A stretch of 64,000 nt of DNA from a virus. A model generated the notes under the pieces. It was not told the origin of the DNA, searched no databases, and saw only the letters and a list, made by a program, of their open reading frames with translations. The stretch is taken from the IMG/VR virus record IMGVR_UViG_3300046373_000049, positions 2,460 through 66,459 of that record. One strand, 5' to 3'. Shown here piece by piece: positions 1-9,475 of this stretch (position 1 is its first letter; each line of letters opens with the position of its first letter). The position numbers were made by a program, and so were the translations under genes.

Positions 1-564
1 ATGCGCGACCGCAAGGGCGAGTACATCCTGCGCAGCGAGGCCGTCGCCTGGGCTGATATGGTCAAGAAGTGCAGCGCCAGCGATCAGGCTGAATTCAATC
101 GCAAGTGGACGGAACAGAAGACCCGCGCCGACAAGGCAGAGGACGAGCGTGATGAAAATCACAAGCTCCTGATGCAATACAAGCGTGAAGCTGATGCTTT
201 GTGGAAGCGCGTGAATAGTGGCGAGGCGGCGTTCAAGAACTTCCACCGCTCGCTGTGCGCACGCTTCGGCTATGTGCATGACGAAGTGGACTGGAAGCGC
301 GATCAGGTATCGCTGGAAGAGCACATTGCGGCCAAGGTGCAGCCAGCCGCGCAGCATGACATCGTGAAGGACGCTGTAAATCGCTTCCTTGGCTGGAAGC
401 TGCCAAAGGACTTCGGCCCCGACTGCGGCATTTCGTTCGACGGGCGTAAGGACGACGAGTTCAACAAGAACAAATCATGGCCTATCGGCACAAACTTGCT
501 CACTGCGGATCAGGCCAAGGCCATGTTCGAGCACTGCCTGCTGGTGAAGAAAGGGGGCGTGTGA
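1..564 (+). CDS. hypothetical phage protein (start may lie upstream of the window)
   Basis: 187-aa ORF with coding-like codons; its stop overlaps the next ATG. Confidence 0.7.
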   Translation: MRDRKGEYILRSEAVAWADMVKKCSASDQAEFNRKWTEQKTRADKAEDERDENHKLLMQYKREADALWKRVNSGEAAFKNFHRSLCARFGYVHDEVDWKRDQVSLEEHIAAKVQPAAQHDIVKDAVNRFLGWKLPKDFGPDCGISFDGRKDDEFNKNKSWPIGTNLLTADQAKAMFEHCLLVKKGGV

Positions 565-878
565 TGCGCGAGCCACTGAGAATCCGCGTCATCATCGAAG
601 GAGGCAGGTTCGGTGAAGTGATTGCCGATGTAGCCTCCATGCTGTCTCCTGAAATGGACGAGGTGATGACGCCATTGAAACTGTCCGATGGGGCACCATC
701 ATTTTTTGACACGCCGCAATCTACCATTCAGCGCGTGATGGCGATGCGCAGTTTCTCTGCACAAAACCTTGCGCCAGAGGTGGCGAAAGTGCTGATCGAG
801 GCCATGCGCTCCAGGGACACGATCAACGGCTACACGAAGGCAGAACGCGATGAAATTAACGGGAAAGGCGGGGAATGA
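564..878 (+). CDS. hypothetical protein
   Basis: ATG at 564 overlaps the upstream TGA; ATGA-coupled to the next gene. Confidence 0.65.
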   Translation: MREPLRIRVIIEGGRFGEVIADVASMLSPEMDEVMTPLKLSDGAPSFFDTPQSTIQRVMAMRSFSAQNLAPEVAKVLIEAMRSRDTINGYTKAERDEINGKGGE

Positions 879-1231
879 TGGACAGCTCGCAGATTAAGGC
901 GGCGCGTGAAGCGCTCGACCGCATAAACGACTTCGGCTACATGTGCGAGGGCCAAGCCATCCGCCCTATGTTGAAGGTACTGGATGATTTCATTCGCGCA
1001 GCCGAGGAAGCCAAGCCCGTGGCCACGCCATCATTTTATAAGGGCGACCGTGTGGAAGTCCGTAATCCTTTCGGCCACATTTACAGCGGGATCATCACCA
1101 AAGCAGAAACACGGTGGAGTGCGGATAAGCGGCCATACCTCTATTACCAAGTCCGCGCAGACGGCGAAAAAACTTCAGCTCAAGTTATTCCAAGCCAGAT
1201 CATAACTATCGCTACTAAGGATGGCGCGTGA
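875..1231 (+). CDS. hypothetical protein with an SH3-like C-terminal part
   Basis: FYKGDRVEV...YSGIIT...YYQV pattern. Confidence 0.6.
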   Translation: MMDSSQIKAAREALDRINDFGYMCEGQAIRPMLKVLDDFIRAAEEAKPVATPSFYKGDRVEVRNPFGHIYSGIITKAETRWSADKRPYLYYQVRADGEKTSAQVIPSQIITIATKDGA

Positions 1232-1307
1232 TGTGGGCGCTGCTGGACGTGCTCCAGTTCATCGTGCTCGTGGGCATCCTGGCTATGTGGCTCAAGGGGC
1301 AGAAGCG

Positions 1308-1724
1308 ATGAAAGCCATCTACGACTTGGGCGCAGTGCCTGTGGATGCCAATGCCAGGGAGGTGCTGAAGCCCGGCGACCATTACGACCCTACATTGCGT
1401 CCAGACTCGCAGCTTGAATGGGATACGCCACCTCCCGCAGTAAGCCGCGCACGCGGCAGGCATGAAGTTCCACCAGAAGACTTGACCGGAAGGAAACACG
1501 GGAACCTGACCGTAGTATCCTATTGGGGAAGGGGTGAAGGCGCGCAGCGTGGTGCAGTGGCACAGAAATGGGTATGCCGCTGCCTTTGCGGGCGCTATGT
1601 CATCCGCACAGGCAAGAGCATCAAGAATCAGGTACGGCAGGATAAGGCTGACTGTTGCCGCGTATGCAACCATCTGTCATCAATTCAGTACCATGACCGA
1701 ATGAAGCAACTAAAGCAAATTTAA
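1308..1724 (+). CDS. Cys-rich protein resembling the N-terminal module of phage HNH/AP2 endonucleases
   Basis: DLTGRKHGNLTVV...WVCRCLCG...CCRVC. Confidence 0.55.
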   Translation: MKAIYDLGAVPVDANAREVLKPGDHYDPTLRPDSQLEWDTPPPAVSRARGRHEVPPEDLTGRKHGNLTVVSYWGRGEGAQRGAVAQKWVCRCLCGRYVIRTGKSIKNQVRQDKADCCRVCNHLSSIQYHDRMKQLKQI

Positions 1725-1734
1725 GGGGCGCACC

Positions 1735-2460
1735 ATGAGCAACGACGACGACATCCTGGGGGCCGAAGTCCCTATCGTGCGTTCGGGGAAGCGGTACTCG
1801 AAGCAGGGCAAGACGACCCCGACGACCAAGGACACGCCGAGTGGAAGCAAAGCATCATCGCAGCCCAAGGCGAAGCCAAAAGCAAAGAGCAAGGCTAAGG
1901 CTCCCACCAAGGGGGTAGCCAAGCCTAAAGCAACAGGCAAAGTCCCAAGGAAGACCATGAAGGATGCAGGCGTTCAAGTAGGCCCAGGACGCCCCACCCT
2001 GTACGATCCCGAGAAGCATCCCCGCCTCGTGCGTAACCTCGCATTGGTGGGATTCTCCGAGAACCTGATCGCCAATAGTCTCGGTATCAGCGGAGGGACA
2101 TTTAACAATTGGAAAAACGAGCACGAAGAAATACTAAACGCCCTACGGGAAGGCAGGGAGGAAGCTGATGGAGCCGTCGCCGCGAGCCTCTTCCAGCGGG
2201 CGCTTGGCTACTCACATCCCGACGTGGATATAAAAATGTACAAGGGCGATATTATCGAAACGCCAATCATCAAGCACTACCCACCGGATACCCAGGCGGC
2301 GATCAAGTGGCTTGAAAACCGGCAGCACGCCAAGTGGCGCCAGCGCACCATCACAGAGGTGACGGGGCCGGAAGGTGGGCCGATTGAGCAGATCGTGGGC
2401 ACCACAACCGACTTCGCAAAGCTGCGCGAGAAACTGAAGGCACAGAAAGGCACGAAATGA
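1735..2460 (+). CDS. terS: terminase small subunit
   Basis: GRPTLYDPE, HTH (LIANSLGISGGTFNNWK), VAASLFQRALGY, KHYPPDTQAAIKWLENRQ, EVTGPEGGPI; Lys-rich N-terminus. Confidence 0.85.
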   Translation: MSNDDDILGAEVPIVRSGKRYSKQGKTTPTTKDTPSGSKASSQPKAKPKAKSKAKAPTKGVAKPKATGKVPRKTMKDAGVQVGPGRPTLYDPEKHPRLVRNLALVGFSENLIANSLGISGGTFNNWKNEHEEILNALREGREEADGAVAASLFQRALGYSHPDVDIKMYKGDIIETPIIKHYPPDTQAAIKWLENRQHAKWRQRTITEVTGPEGGPIEQIVGTTTDFAKLREKLKAQKGTK

Positions 2461-3071
2461 GCGACTACGACCGATACATCGAAACCCGTGACAAATCCCT
2501 GCGCGACATCGCCCAGCGCGACGCACGCATCAAAAGCCCGGCTATCGACGCCCAGGTGAAGGCAGCGCTTGGGCATACACGGGCTGCCGACATTTACCTG
2601 CCAAACCACATCGACCAGTTCCATCCGAACGGCGTGGCACCCAAGCGCACCATCACGGATTCGCCAGTCAGTCAGGTGCTGCGCAGCATCGAAGCGGCGA
2701 AGCGCTTGAGGGACGAGCACAAGTTCTGGCCGCGTCTGCGCCCTGTCACGACCTTCAGCGGCATGACGGAATGGCAGGCTGACTACCATAGCAAGCACGC
2801 CCGCAACCTTACCCCTGCTGACGCATACGACTCCCTGGCGAAATACATGGGCCTGAGCCTGCGCTCGCGGCCAGCTTCATACGGAATACAACGGACGCAG
2901 AAGCGGTCTATTGCGCCCCTGCCTCGCGTCGTCGTATGCTTCCCTACAGGTGCTGCGCGCTGGAAGGCAGAACTGGATGGCAAGAAGTCTTATGGCCCTA
3001 CGCCCACGGCAGCACTGCGAGCGCTTATGGCTCAGATCGAAGTGAAGAGCAAGAATGCTGGGAGCTGCTGA
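2457..3071 (+). CDS. hypothetical protein
   Basis: 204-aa ORF ATGA-coupled to terS. Confidence 0.65.
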   Translation: MSDYDRYIETRDKSLRDIAQRDARIKSPAIDAQVKAALGHTRAADIYLPNHIDQFHPNGVAPKRTITDSPVSQVLRSIEAAKRLRDEHKFWPRLRPVTTFSGMTEWQADYHSKHARNLTPADAYDSLAKYMGLSLRSRPASYGIQRTQKRSIAPLPRVVVCFPTGAARWKAELDGKKSYGPTPTAALRALMAQIEVKSKNAGSC

Positions 3072-3298
3072 TGGGAACAGTAATGGACGTGGGCGTGGGG
3101 CTGTACATGATGGCCATAGTCGTGGGCATCATCATCCCCCTGCTGGTGTACATCCAGCACGACTGTACAAATCTGTACGACGAGTGGAGCGAAGAGAACC
3201 CATGCGACCACTTCCGCGTGCTGGCCGCCCTTGGCGACAAGACGGGCAAGTGCGTTAAATGCGGGGCCGATGTTGACCTCGACTCTATGAATCCGTAG
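3071..3298 (+). CDS. small membrane protein with CxH/CxxC
   Basis: hydrophobic N-terminal helix; CDHF...CVKCG. Confidence 0.5.
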   Translation: MGTVMDVGVGLYMMAIVVGIIIPLLVYIQHDCTNLYDEWSEENPCDHFRVLAALGDKTGKCVKCGADVDLDSMNP

Positions 3299-3329
3299 TG
3301 CAACCGTAGTAAAACCAAGGAGTATCACC

Positions 3330-3659
3330 ATGCTGTCTCACATCCGCAAAAACTGGTCGCTGTATGCAGCAGTGGCCTTCTTCATCGTCGGCGTCTTCTT
3401 CCTGTTCTCGGGTCATGCCAAGGCCCAGCAGGTTGTACCCGAAGCAGCCGTGGCCGTTGACACTGGCGGCTATGGCATCATCGGCATCGACGCCAAGGAC
3501 GCGGCTACCTGCGCCGACAAGGATGCGTGTGTACTGCTGACCGAGAAGGCCGCCATGCACATCAGCCACCAGCTCGCCAAGGCTCAGGAACAGGCCGCCA
3601 AGTACAAGGCCCAGCTCGAAGCCATCAAGGAAGCCAAGGCCGCCAGCAAGTGCATCTGA
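3330..3659 (+). CDS. secreted or membrane-anchored hypothetical protein
   Basis: AAGGAG RBS; signal-peptide-like N-terminus ending AKA; coiled-coil C-terminus. Confidence 0.7.
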   Translation: MLSHIRKNWSLYAAVAFFIVGVFFLFSGHAKAQQVVPEAAVAVDTGGYGIIGIDAKDAATCADKDACVLLTEKAAMHISHQLAKAQEQAAKYKAQLEAIKEAKAASKCI

Positions 3660-3743
3660 TGCACTGCATCACGACCTGAAGTCAAAACCCGCGTTTTGCC
3701 GCACTCTTCATAGGGTGCGGCATCGCAACATAAAGAGGCAATC

Positions 3744-3968
3744 ATGTACGAAATTGAGGTCTTCAACGAGCTGAAACGCAACGCTGCCATAGCCCGCGTC
3801 AAGGCGCTCGAACTGAAGGGCAAGTACAACACGACATACGGCGAGGCAACACGTCTCCTGCAACAATGTACGCACCAGGAGACGCTGGCACGCCAGTATG
3901 AAGAGCTGGCCGCTATGGTTAATAACTCCAACACAATGACCGGCGCTTCGCCAGTCACCAAAATCTAA
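3744..3968 (+). CDS. small helical protein (paralog 1)
   Basis: GAGG RBS; similar to the next ORF. Confidence 0.7.
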   Translation: MYEIEVFNELKRNAAIARVKALELKGKYNTTYGEATRLLQQCTHQETLARQYEELAAMVNNSNTMTGASPVTKI

Positions 3969-3976
3969 GGATCAAT

Positions 3977-4207
3977 ATGTACGCCACTGAAGTCTATAAC
4001 CTGCTTGTCAAAAGCGCCGAGACAAGCCGCAAGTGGGAACGGGAGCTGAATGACAAGGCTTTCGCCCTTGAGGTTGAGGCCAAGCGCCACCGTGACAACG
4101 CAAACTACCATTCAAGCGTCGCACGCCAATACAACGCCCTGGCTATCCAGGTCGAGCAAGCCAACATCAAGTTCGGCGCGAATCCTGGCCCAACGACACG
4201 CAACTAA
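3977..4207 (+). CDS. small helical protein (paralog 2)
   Basis: TAAGGA RBS; shares MYxxEVxNxL and ARQYxxLA with the previous ORF. Confidence 0.7.
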   Translation: MYATEVYNLLVKSAETSRKWERELNDKAFALEVEAKRHRDNANYHSSVARQYNALAIQVEQANIKFGANPGPTTRN

Positions 4208-4217
4208 GGAACCCACC

Positions 4218-4481
4218 ATGCTTTCCATTGCCATCAAACGCGAATTTACCGAGCGCCGCGACATGCTTACCGAAGGTGCAGAGCGTGCCGACATGGACGC
4301 CGCGACGTTCCTGTTGCGCCATCAAAGGCAAGTGGCTCTTGCCGCAGAAATGCGCAGCCAAGCCAGCGAATACCAGCGGCTCCTACACACAATGGAATTC
4401 GAGCCAGAGCCAGTTGAAACGCTGGTCGTCGATGGCCGCGTCGTCAACGCTGACTTCGATCCATACTGCGGTCGCAACTAG
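4218..4481 (+). CDS. small helical protein
   Basis: TAAGGA RBS, ATG at 4218. Confidence 0.65.
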   Translation: MLSIAIKREFTERRDMLTEGAERADMDAATFLLRHQRQVALAAEMRSQASEYQRLLHTMEFEPEPVETLVVDGRVVNADFDPYCGRN

Positions 4482-4483
4482 CC

Positions 4484-5242
4484 ATGAAATACGCATCCGA
4501 GAACTTCATGGACTTGGTGGCGCTTGGCAAAGTGCCCGGCGTCAGCAGGGTATCAGCCCTTGGCTACAACGTGGACGTGGACACGAGCACCACGCCCGAA
4601 GACATCTGGCCGGGCGGCGGCCTGTACCCGTTCAAGACCAGCGCTGGCATCCTGGAAATACTGTCCAGTAGCGCGAACGACACGGCAGCGGGCACGGGCT
4701 GCCGCACTGTGCTGATACGCGGCCTGGATGCGAACTACGATCAGATCAGCGAAACCGTGTCGATGAATGGCACGACGGCAGTGCAGACGACTCTGCAATA
4801 CCTGCGCGTCAACAGCATGACCGGCGATGGCGTCAGCAACACGGCCAATGGCACAAGCAACCTTGGCACCATCACGCTGCGCGACACAGGCGCAGGCACG
4901 ACCAGGGCCATCATGGACATCGGGCGCGGCATGAGCACGGCAGCGATCTACACTGTCCCTGCTGGCTATACGCTGCTGCCATACGCGGTCGAAGTCTCGA
5001 TCAACGTGGCGGCGGCAGGCCCGGCCCGCAAGGTCGATGTGGCCTTCGTGTTCCGCAACGCTGCTGGCTTCGTCCGCACCACACGTGTGGTACAGGCAAG
5101 CGATGCCACGCCGACGCTGCTGCCAATCACCACACGCATCCCAGTGCAGGAGAAGACCGACTTCATCATGCGCTGCCTGACGGCAGACACAGCAAATTCA
5201 GCCGTGTCCGCCTCGTGGGAAGCATTGCTCTACAAGAACTGA
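4484..5242 (+). CDS. conserved phage beta-rich protein, possibly virion-associated
   Basis: GYNxDVDT..EDIWPGGG, SSSANDTAAGTG, GLDANY motifs typical of a widespread phage family; Thr/Gly/Ala-rich. Confidence 0.6.
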   Translation: MKYASENFMDLVALGKVPGVSRVSALGYNVDVDTSTTPEDIWPGGGLYPFKTSAGILEILSSSANDTAAGTGCRTVLIRGLDANYDQISETVSMNGTTAVQTTLQYLRVNSMTGDGVSNTANGTSNLGTITLRDTGAGTTRAIMDIGRGMSTAAIYTVPAGYTLLPYAVEVSINVAAAGPARKVDVAFVFRNAAGFVRTTRVVQASDATPTLLPITTRIPVQEKTDFIMRCLTADTANSAVSASWEALLYKN

Positions 5243-5249
5243 GGCCATC

Positions 5250-5549
5250 ATGCAGTATTCGTTACAGGGCGCTACCGCAGCAGCAACAGGGCGCGGCATC
5301 CCATTCAACAGGGGCGGCAAGGGCATCCAGTACAGCGTCGCAGGCACGGGCGCTGTCACTGCCACGTTCGCCATGGACATAAGCCAGGACGGGATCAACT
5401 GGGTCGAGCGCTTCCCGCTGCTGTCCCTGAGCGGCACGAACAGCGCAAGCGACGCCATGCAGCTCCCCGAGGACTGGGACTATGTGCGCTTCCGCCTGCT
5501 GACCATCACAGGCACCAGCGCTTCTGCTGGCGCTGGAGTGGGCGCATAA
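5250..5549 (+). CDS. small beta-sandwich protein, possibly structural
   Basis: DISQDGINW...YVRFRL pattern; GAGG RBS. Confidence 0.6.
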   Translation: MQYSLQGATAAATGRGIPFNRGGKGIQYSVAGTGAVTATFAMDISQDGINWVERFPLLSLSGTNSASDAMQLPEDWDYVRFRLLTITGTSASAGAGVGA

Positions 5550-5806
5550 TGACTATCACCCAAGTGACGGGCGACCTCATAGGCCGCATCAGGACAGCCG
5601 CAGCGACCAACACCAAGCTGACCAATGCCGATCTTCTGCTGGTCGCCCGTCGCCTGGAAATCATGCAGTCGGAGTGCAAGCATGCGCACCTGATTGCGGC
5701 CCCAGGCTGCGAGCCAATGTGCGAGCGCTGCGGCATGGGACAAGGCAAGATCAACCGCCTGGAGCTGATGCGCCGGGTAAAGCAAGGGGGCAGGGATGGA
5801 ACGTAG
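5549..5806 (+). CDS. hypothetical Zn-ribbon protein
   Basis: CKH...CERCG. Confidence 0.55.
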   Translation: MTITQVTGDLIGRIRTAAATNTKLTNADLLLVARRLEIMQSECKHAHLIAAPGCEPMCERCGMGQGKINRLELMRRVKQGGRDGT

Positions 5807-6272
5807 CGCAGTAATATCGGATGACGGCCTTTATCGTTACTACCTCTCGCGGCGCTGGGGCGGCGGCAAGAGCATGGTCTTCATCATGTTGAACCCGTCC
5901 ACGGCAGACGCCAGCGTGGACGATGCCACCATCCGCAAGTGCATCGGCTTTGCCGAGCGGGCGAACTGCACGGCCATCGAAGTGGTCAACCTGTTCGGCT
6001 TCCGCGCCACCAAGCCGAAAGACCTGTGGCTGGCCGACGACCCTGTGGGGCCGGATAACCTGCACAATGTCGCCTTCGCCCTGGCGTCGAGCAAAGACTG
6101 CATCGTGGTCTGCGCATGGGGCGCGAATGCGAGCAACGAAGACAGCGCCGACGTGCGCCTGCTGCTGGCACGCAAGGGCATCCGCGCCAAGTGCCTGGGC
6201 GTGACGAGCGGCGGGCAGCCACGGCATCCACTCATGCTGGCCTACGCCACCAAGCTGGAGCACTTCGTATGA
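5796..6272 (+). CDS. DUF1643 family protein
   Basis: YRYYLSRRW, FIMLNPSTAD..DDATIRKC, VVNLFGFRAT, VVCAWG, PRHPL. Confidence 0.9.
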   Translation: MERSAVISDDGLYRYYLSRRWGGGKSMVFIMLNPSTADASVDDATIRKCIGFAERANCTAIEVVNLFGFRATKPKDLWLADDPVGPDNLHNVAFALASSKDCIVVCAWGANASNEDSADVRLLLARKGIRAKCLGVTSGGQPRHPLMLAYATKLEHFV

Positions 6273-6421
6273 GCAACGCACGCATCCTCGTATCCCGCAA
6301 CAAGCGGGAAGGCCGCTTCATTGGTAGGACGGTCTACATAGCTGTAGTTGTCGCAGTGTATGAAAATTATGCTGGCGTAACGCAGCCGGTAAAGGTTCGC
6401 TTACGGGAGCGCACACAATGA
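6269..6421 (+). CDS. hypothetical protein
   Basis: ATGA overlaps at both ends. Confidence 0.45.
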   Translation: MSNARILVSRNKREGRFIGRTVYIAVVVAVYENYAGVTQPVKVRLRERTQ

Positions 6422-6852
6422 CTGTCATCGCATGGGACGGCAAGACGCTGGCCGCAGACAAGCGCATGACCTACGGCAGCTCGCCCATCACCGTGACGAA
6501 GATACACCGCGTCCCGCAAGGGATCGTCGGCATCCACGGCGGCGCGTCGCATGGGATGGCTATCGTCCTGTGGCTGCGCCAGGGCGCTACTCGTAGCAAG
6601 TTCCCCAAGGTCGATGACGCAGACCATAGTGCGGGCGTGCTGCTTATTACGAAATCCGGCAAGGCATACTCACTCGAAGGCCACACATCCCCTGTGTTCA
6701 AGCGCATCGAAGACGCTCGCGTGGCATGCGGCAGCGGCGCCGACTTCGCTCGCACGGCCATGAGCCTGGGCATGGATGCGCGTGCTGCCGTTGGCATCGC
6801 CTGCCAGTTCGACATTTACTGCGGCAATGGTATCGACTACATGGAGCCATGA
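6418..6852 (+). CDS. HslV/proteasome-beta-like Ntn hydrolase
   Basis: N-terminal M-T-V-I-A-W-D...AAD, TKI, ACGSG, D-x-Y-C-G. Confidence 0.75.
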   Translation: MTVIAWDGKTLAADKRMTYGSSPITVTKIHRVPQGIVGIHGGASHGMAIVLWLRQGATRSKFPKVDDADHSAGVLLITKSGKAYSLEGHTSPVFKRIEDARVACGSGADFARTAMSLGMDARAAVGIACQFDIYCGNGIDYMEP

Positions 6853-7139
6853 TGGACTGCCCTGTTTGCAAGATCATCGACGCCATCACGACATCGAACC
6901 CAGTGGCATACCTGCGCTGGGCCATCCAGGAATGCTACCTGGAGACAGACGCCATCCCCACGCTGATCGCTGTGCATCCACGGGTCATGATGGCGCTGCT
7001 GATGTCGGATGAATGCCTGGAGGACATCAACAACATCCACGGGCAATGCAAGCAGGTATGGCTCGACGGCGTGCTGGTCATCGAACAGCTTGCTGGCAAT
7101 GAACTTCTTCGGCGTGATAGTGTGGTTGTAGAATTGTAG
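6849..7139 (+). CDS. hypothetical protein
   Basis: ATGA-coupled; N-terminal CxxC. Confidence 0.55.
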   Translation: MMDCPVCKIIDAITTSNPVAYLRWAIQECYLETDAIPTLIAVHPRVMMALLMSDECLEDINNIHGQCKQVWLDGVLVIEQLAGNELLRRDSVVVEL

Positions 7140-7141
7140 GC

Positions 7142-8836
7142 ATGCTGCTATCCGATGAAGAAATCTTTGCCCTTCACGCCGCGCCATACGAAGACATCCT
7201 CGACCTGTGGGAAGAGTATGAGAATCGGTATGGCCCAGGCGTGCGTAAGGACTTGGGCCTTGTAGACCGCTTCTATCTGCTGGTCGTCCTGCTTCATCGC
7301 CTGGACGCGCTGCATCCCTGGCTGTATGCCCGCTGCCGCGAGGTCGAACTCGATACCGATGGCTACCTCGACCTGTGGGCACGCGAGCACTACAAGAGCA
7401 CCATCATTACCTTCGCTGGGATCATCCAGGAAATCTTGCGCGACCCGGAAATCACGGTCGTCATCTTCAGCCATACCAAGCCCATTGCCCGTAAGTTCAT
7501 GCTCCAGATCAAGCAGGAGTTTGAGACAAACGAAGAGCTGGTCAAGACCTACCCTGACATCCTGTGGAGCGACCCGCGCAAGGAAGCGCCCAAGTGGTCA
7601 GAGGAAAAGGGGCTTGTGGTGCGCCGCAAGTCGAACCCGAAGGAAGCCACGCTTGAGGCCCACGGCCTGATCGACGGCCAGCCAACAGGCGGCCACTGGA
7701 CGCTGCGCGTCTACGATGACGTAGTGACCCCTGAATCCGTCAGCACGCCCGAACAGGTGGCGAAGGCGACCGCTGCATGGGAGCTGTCTGACAACCTGGG
7801 CGCACGCTCGCCCGGCGTGGATGTGGCCCGCGCTTGGCACGTCGGCACGCGGTACAGCTTCGCAGATACCTACAACGACATCATGGAGCGCGGCGCCCTG
7901 AAGCCCCGCGTCTACGCCGCCACGAGCAATGGCCTTGCCGATGGCATCCCCGTGATGCTGACGCCTGCCGCATGGGCCGCGAAGAAGCTGACGCAAGGCC
8001 CGGCCACGATTGCCTGCCAGATGCTCCAGAACCCGGCAGCGGGCAACGAGGCCATGTTCAAGAAGGAATGGCTCCAGTTCATCGACATCCGCCCGTCCAC
8101 GCTCAACGTGTACATCATGTGCGACCCTGCCAGCTCGAAGAAGAAGGGCAGCGACAACACGGCCATGGCTGTCATCGGCATCGACAGCGGCGGCAACAAG
8201 TACCTGCTTGACGGATTCCGTCACAAGATGAATCTGCGCGAGCGCTGGGAGGCCATGCGTGGTCTGCGCCGCGTATGGATGTCCAGGCCCGGCGTGCAGA
8301 TGGTCAAGGTGGGATACGAGAAATACGGCATGCAGTCGGACATGGAATACTTTGAAGAGCAGATGCAGAAGGACAAGGACGCCTTCGAGATTATCGAGCT
8401 GTCGTGGACGAAGGACGGCACCGAGTCGAAGAATGACCGCGTGCAGCGCCTCGTACCTGACTTCCAGTCGGGCAAGTTCTTCCTGGCCCAGCTATGCGTG
8501 CGCAAGGTTCCGCTGCTGGACGAGCACAATCAGCCAGTGAAGACCAGCGATGGCGAAGTGGTCATGGTCAACGAGCCATACGAGACAGCGAACCAGATCA
8601 AGCTGCGCGAGCGGGGCCAGGGCTTCCGCGTCTTCCAGCCGGTCAAGCGCCGCGACCACGAAGGCAACCTGTACTCGCTCAACAAAGGCTTCCTGGACGA
8701 GTACCTGTTCTTCCCATTCTCCAGCAAGAAAGACTTGATCGACGCAGTGTCACGGCTGTACGACATGGAGCCTGTCTCCCCTGTGGTCATCGACCAATCT
8801 ATACTGGAACCTACATCCTATTCAGACGGACTTTAA
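7142..8836 (+). CDS. terL: terminase large subunit
   Basis: Walker A variant AREHYKST, Walker B RVYDDVV, GTRY, nuclease motifs CDPA..SDNTA and DLIDAVS. Confidence 0.92.
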   Translation: MLLSDEEIFALHAAPYEDILDLWEEYENRYGPGVRKDLGLVDRFYLLVVLLHRLDALHPWLYARCREVELDTDGYLDLWAREHYKSTIITFAGIIQEILRDPEITVVIFSHTKPIARKFMLQIKQEFETNEELVKTYPDILWSDPRKEAPKWSEEKGLVVRRKSNPKEATLEAHGLIDGQPTGGHWTLRVYDDVVTPESVSTPEQVAKATAAWELSDNLGARSPGVDVARAWHVGTRYSFADTYNDIMERGALKPRVYAATSNGLADGIPVMLTPAAWAAKKLTQGPATIACQMLQNPAAGNEAMFKKEWLQFIDIRPSTLNVYIMCDPASSKKKGSDNTAMAVIGIDSGGNKYLLDGFRHKMNLRERWEAMRGLRRVWMSRPGVQMVKVGYEKYGMQSDMEYFEEQMQKDKDAFEIIELSWTKDGTESKNDRVQRLVPDFQSGKFFLAQLCVRKVPLLDEHNQPVKTSDGEVVMVNEPYETANQIKLRERGQGFRVFQPVKRRDHEGNLYSLNKGFLDEYLFFPFSSKKDLIDAVSRLYDMEPVSPVVIDQSILEPTSYSDGL

Positions 8837-8839
8837 GCC

Positions 8840-9130
8840 ATGAGCCACGATCCATTCGCACCAACACCCGCCTTCCTGGAGTGGCTGGACTCGCTGCCGC
8901 CCACGCCAAAGGTCATTCTTCGCCGCAAGGTTGAGGCCAAGGAAGACCGCGCAGAAAAGGCCGCGAAACGCGAGGCCGATATAATTGCGGTACAGCAGCG
9001 CATCGCCGCCGAGAAAGCAGCGAAGAAGCTGGCAGGCGATGGCCGCACGAAGCGGGGCCGGAAGGCCAAGGTGCAGGAAGTCTACCCGAACAGCCGGGTT
9101 CATCTGATGGAAGACAGCGACGAGGAATAG
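8840..9130 (+). CDS. basic hypothetical protein
   Basis: 96-aa ORF directly after terL. Confidence 0.6.
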   Translation: MSHDPFAPTPAFLEWLDSLPPTPKVILRRKVEAKEDRAEKAAKREADIIAVQQRIAAEKAAKKLAGDGRTKRGRKAKVQEVYPNSRVHLMEDSDEE

Positions 9131-9133
9131 ACC

Positions 9134-9310
9134 ATGGCAAACGAGAACCTTCCACCGAAGACCAGCACGCGCCTGTGGAGTGAAGAGGTAGGCATGGTCG
9201 ATCCCGAGGCACGCAGCACGGTGAAGGACATCGCCTACGAGTGGAGCAGCGGACGCCGCTACCGTGATGGCGAAGGCCCATCGGCTGAAGTGGACGTGCC
9301 CACGCCATGA
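9134..9310 (+). CDS. hypothetical protein (58 aa)
   Basis: GAGG RBS; MANENLPPK...VPTP translated by hand; below the ORF-track cutoff. Confidence 0.55.
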   Translation: MANENLPPKTSTRLWSEEVGMVDPEARSTVKDIAYEWSSGRRYRDGEGPSAEVDVPTP

Positions 9311-9468
9311 TGAAGGTGCTGGCCGACGCGCTGCTGCCCAAGGATTACCAGGAGCTTCCTGACATGATCCGCGCCAGCTACTCCCCGCAGGAATGGCTGT
9401 GGCTATCCGACCGCGAGAAGGCCATGCTGATCCAGACTGAAACCGAACCCGACATTTACATCGACTGA
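9307..9468 (+). CDS. hypothetical protein (53 aa)
   Basis: ATGA overlap; YQELPDMIRASYSPQEWLWLSD. Confidence 0.6.
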   Translation: MMKVLADALLPKDYQELPDMIRASYSPQEWLWLSDREKAMLIQTETEPDIYID

Positions 9469-9475
9469 GGCAGCA

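Noticed and set aside
8470-8680. Possible intein or intron in terL (about 65-aa insertion in the nuclease domain)
   Set aside because: It is too short, has no His-Asn intein end and does not break the frame. It is probably a loop insertion.
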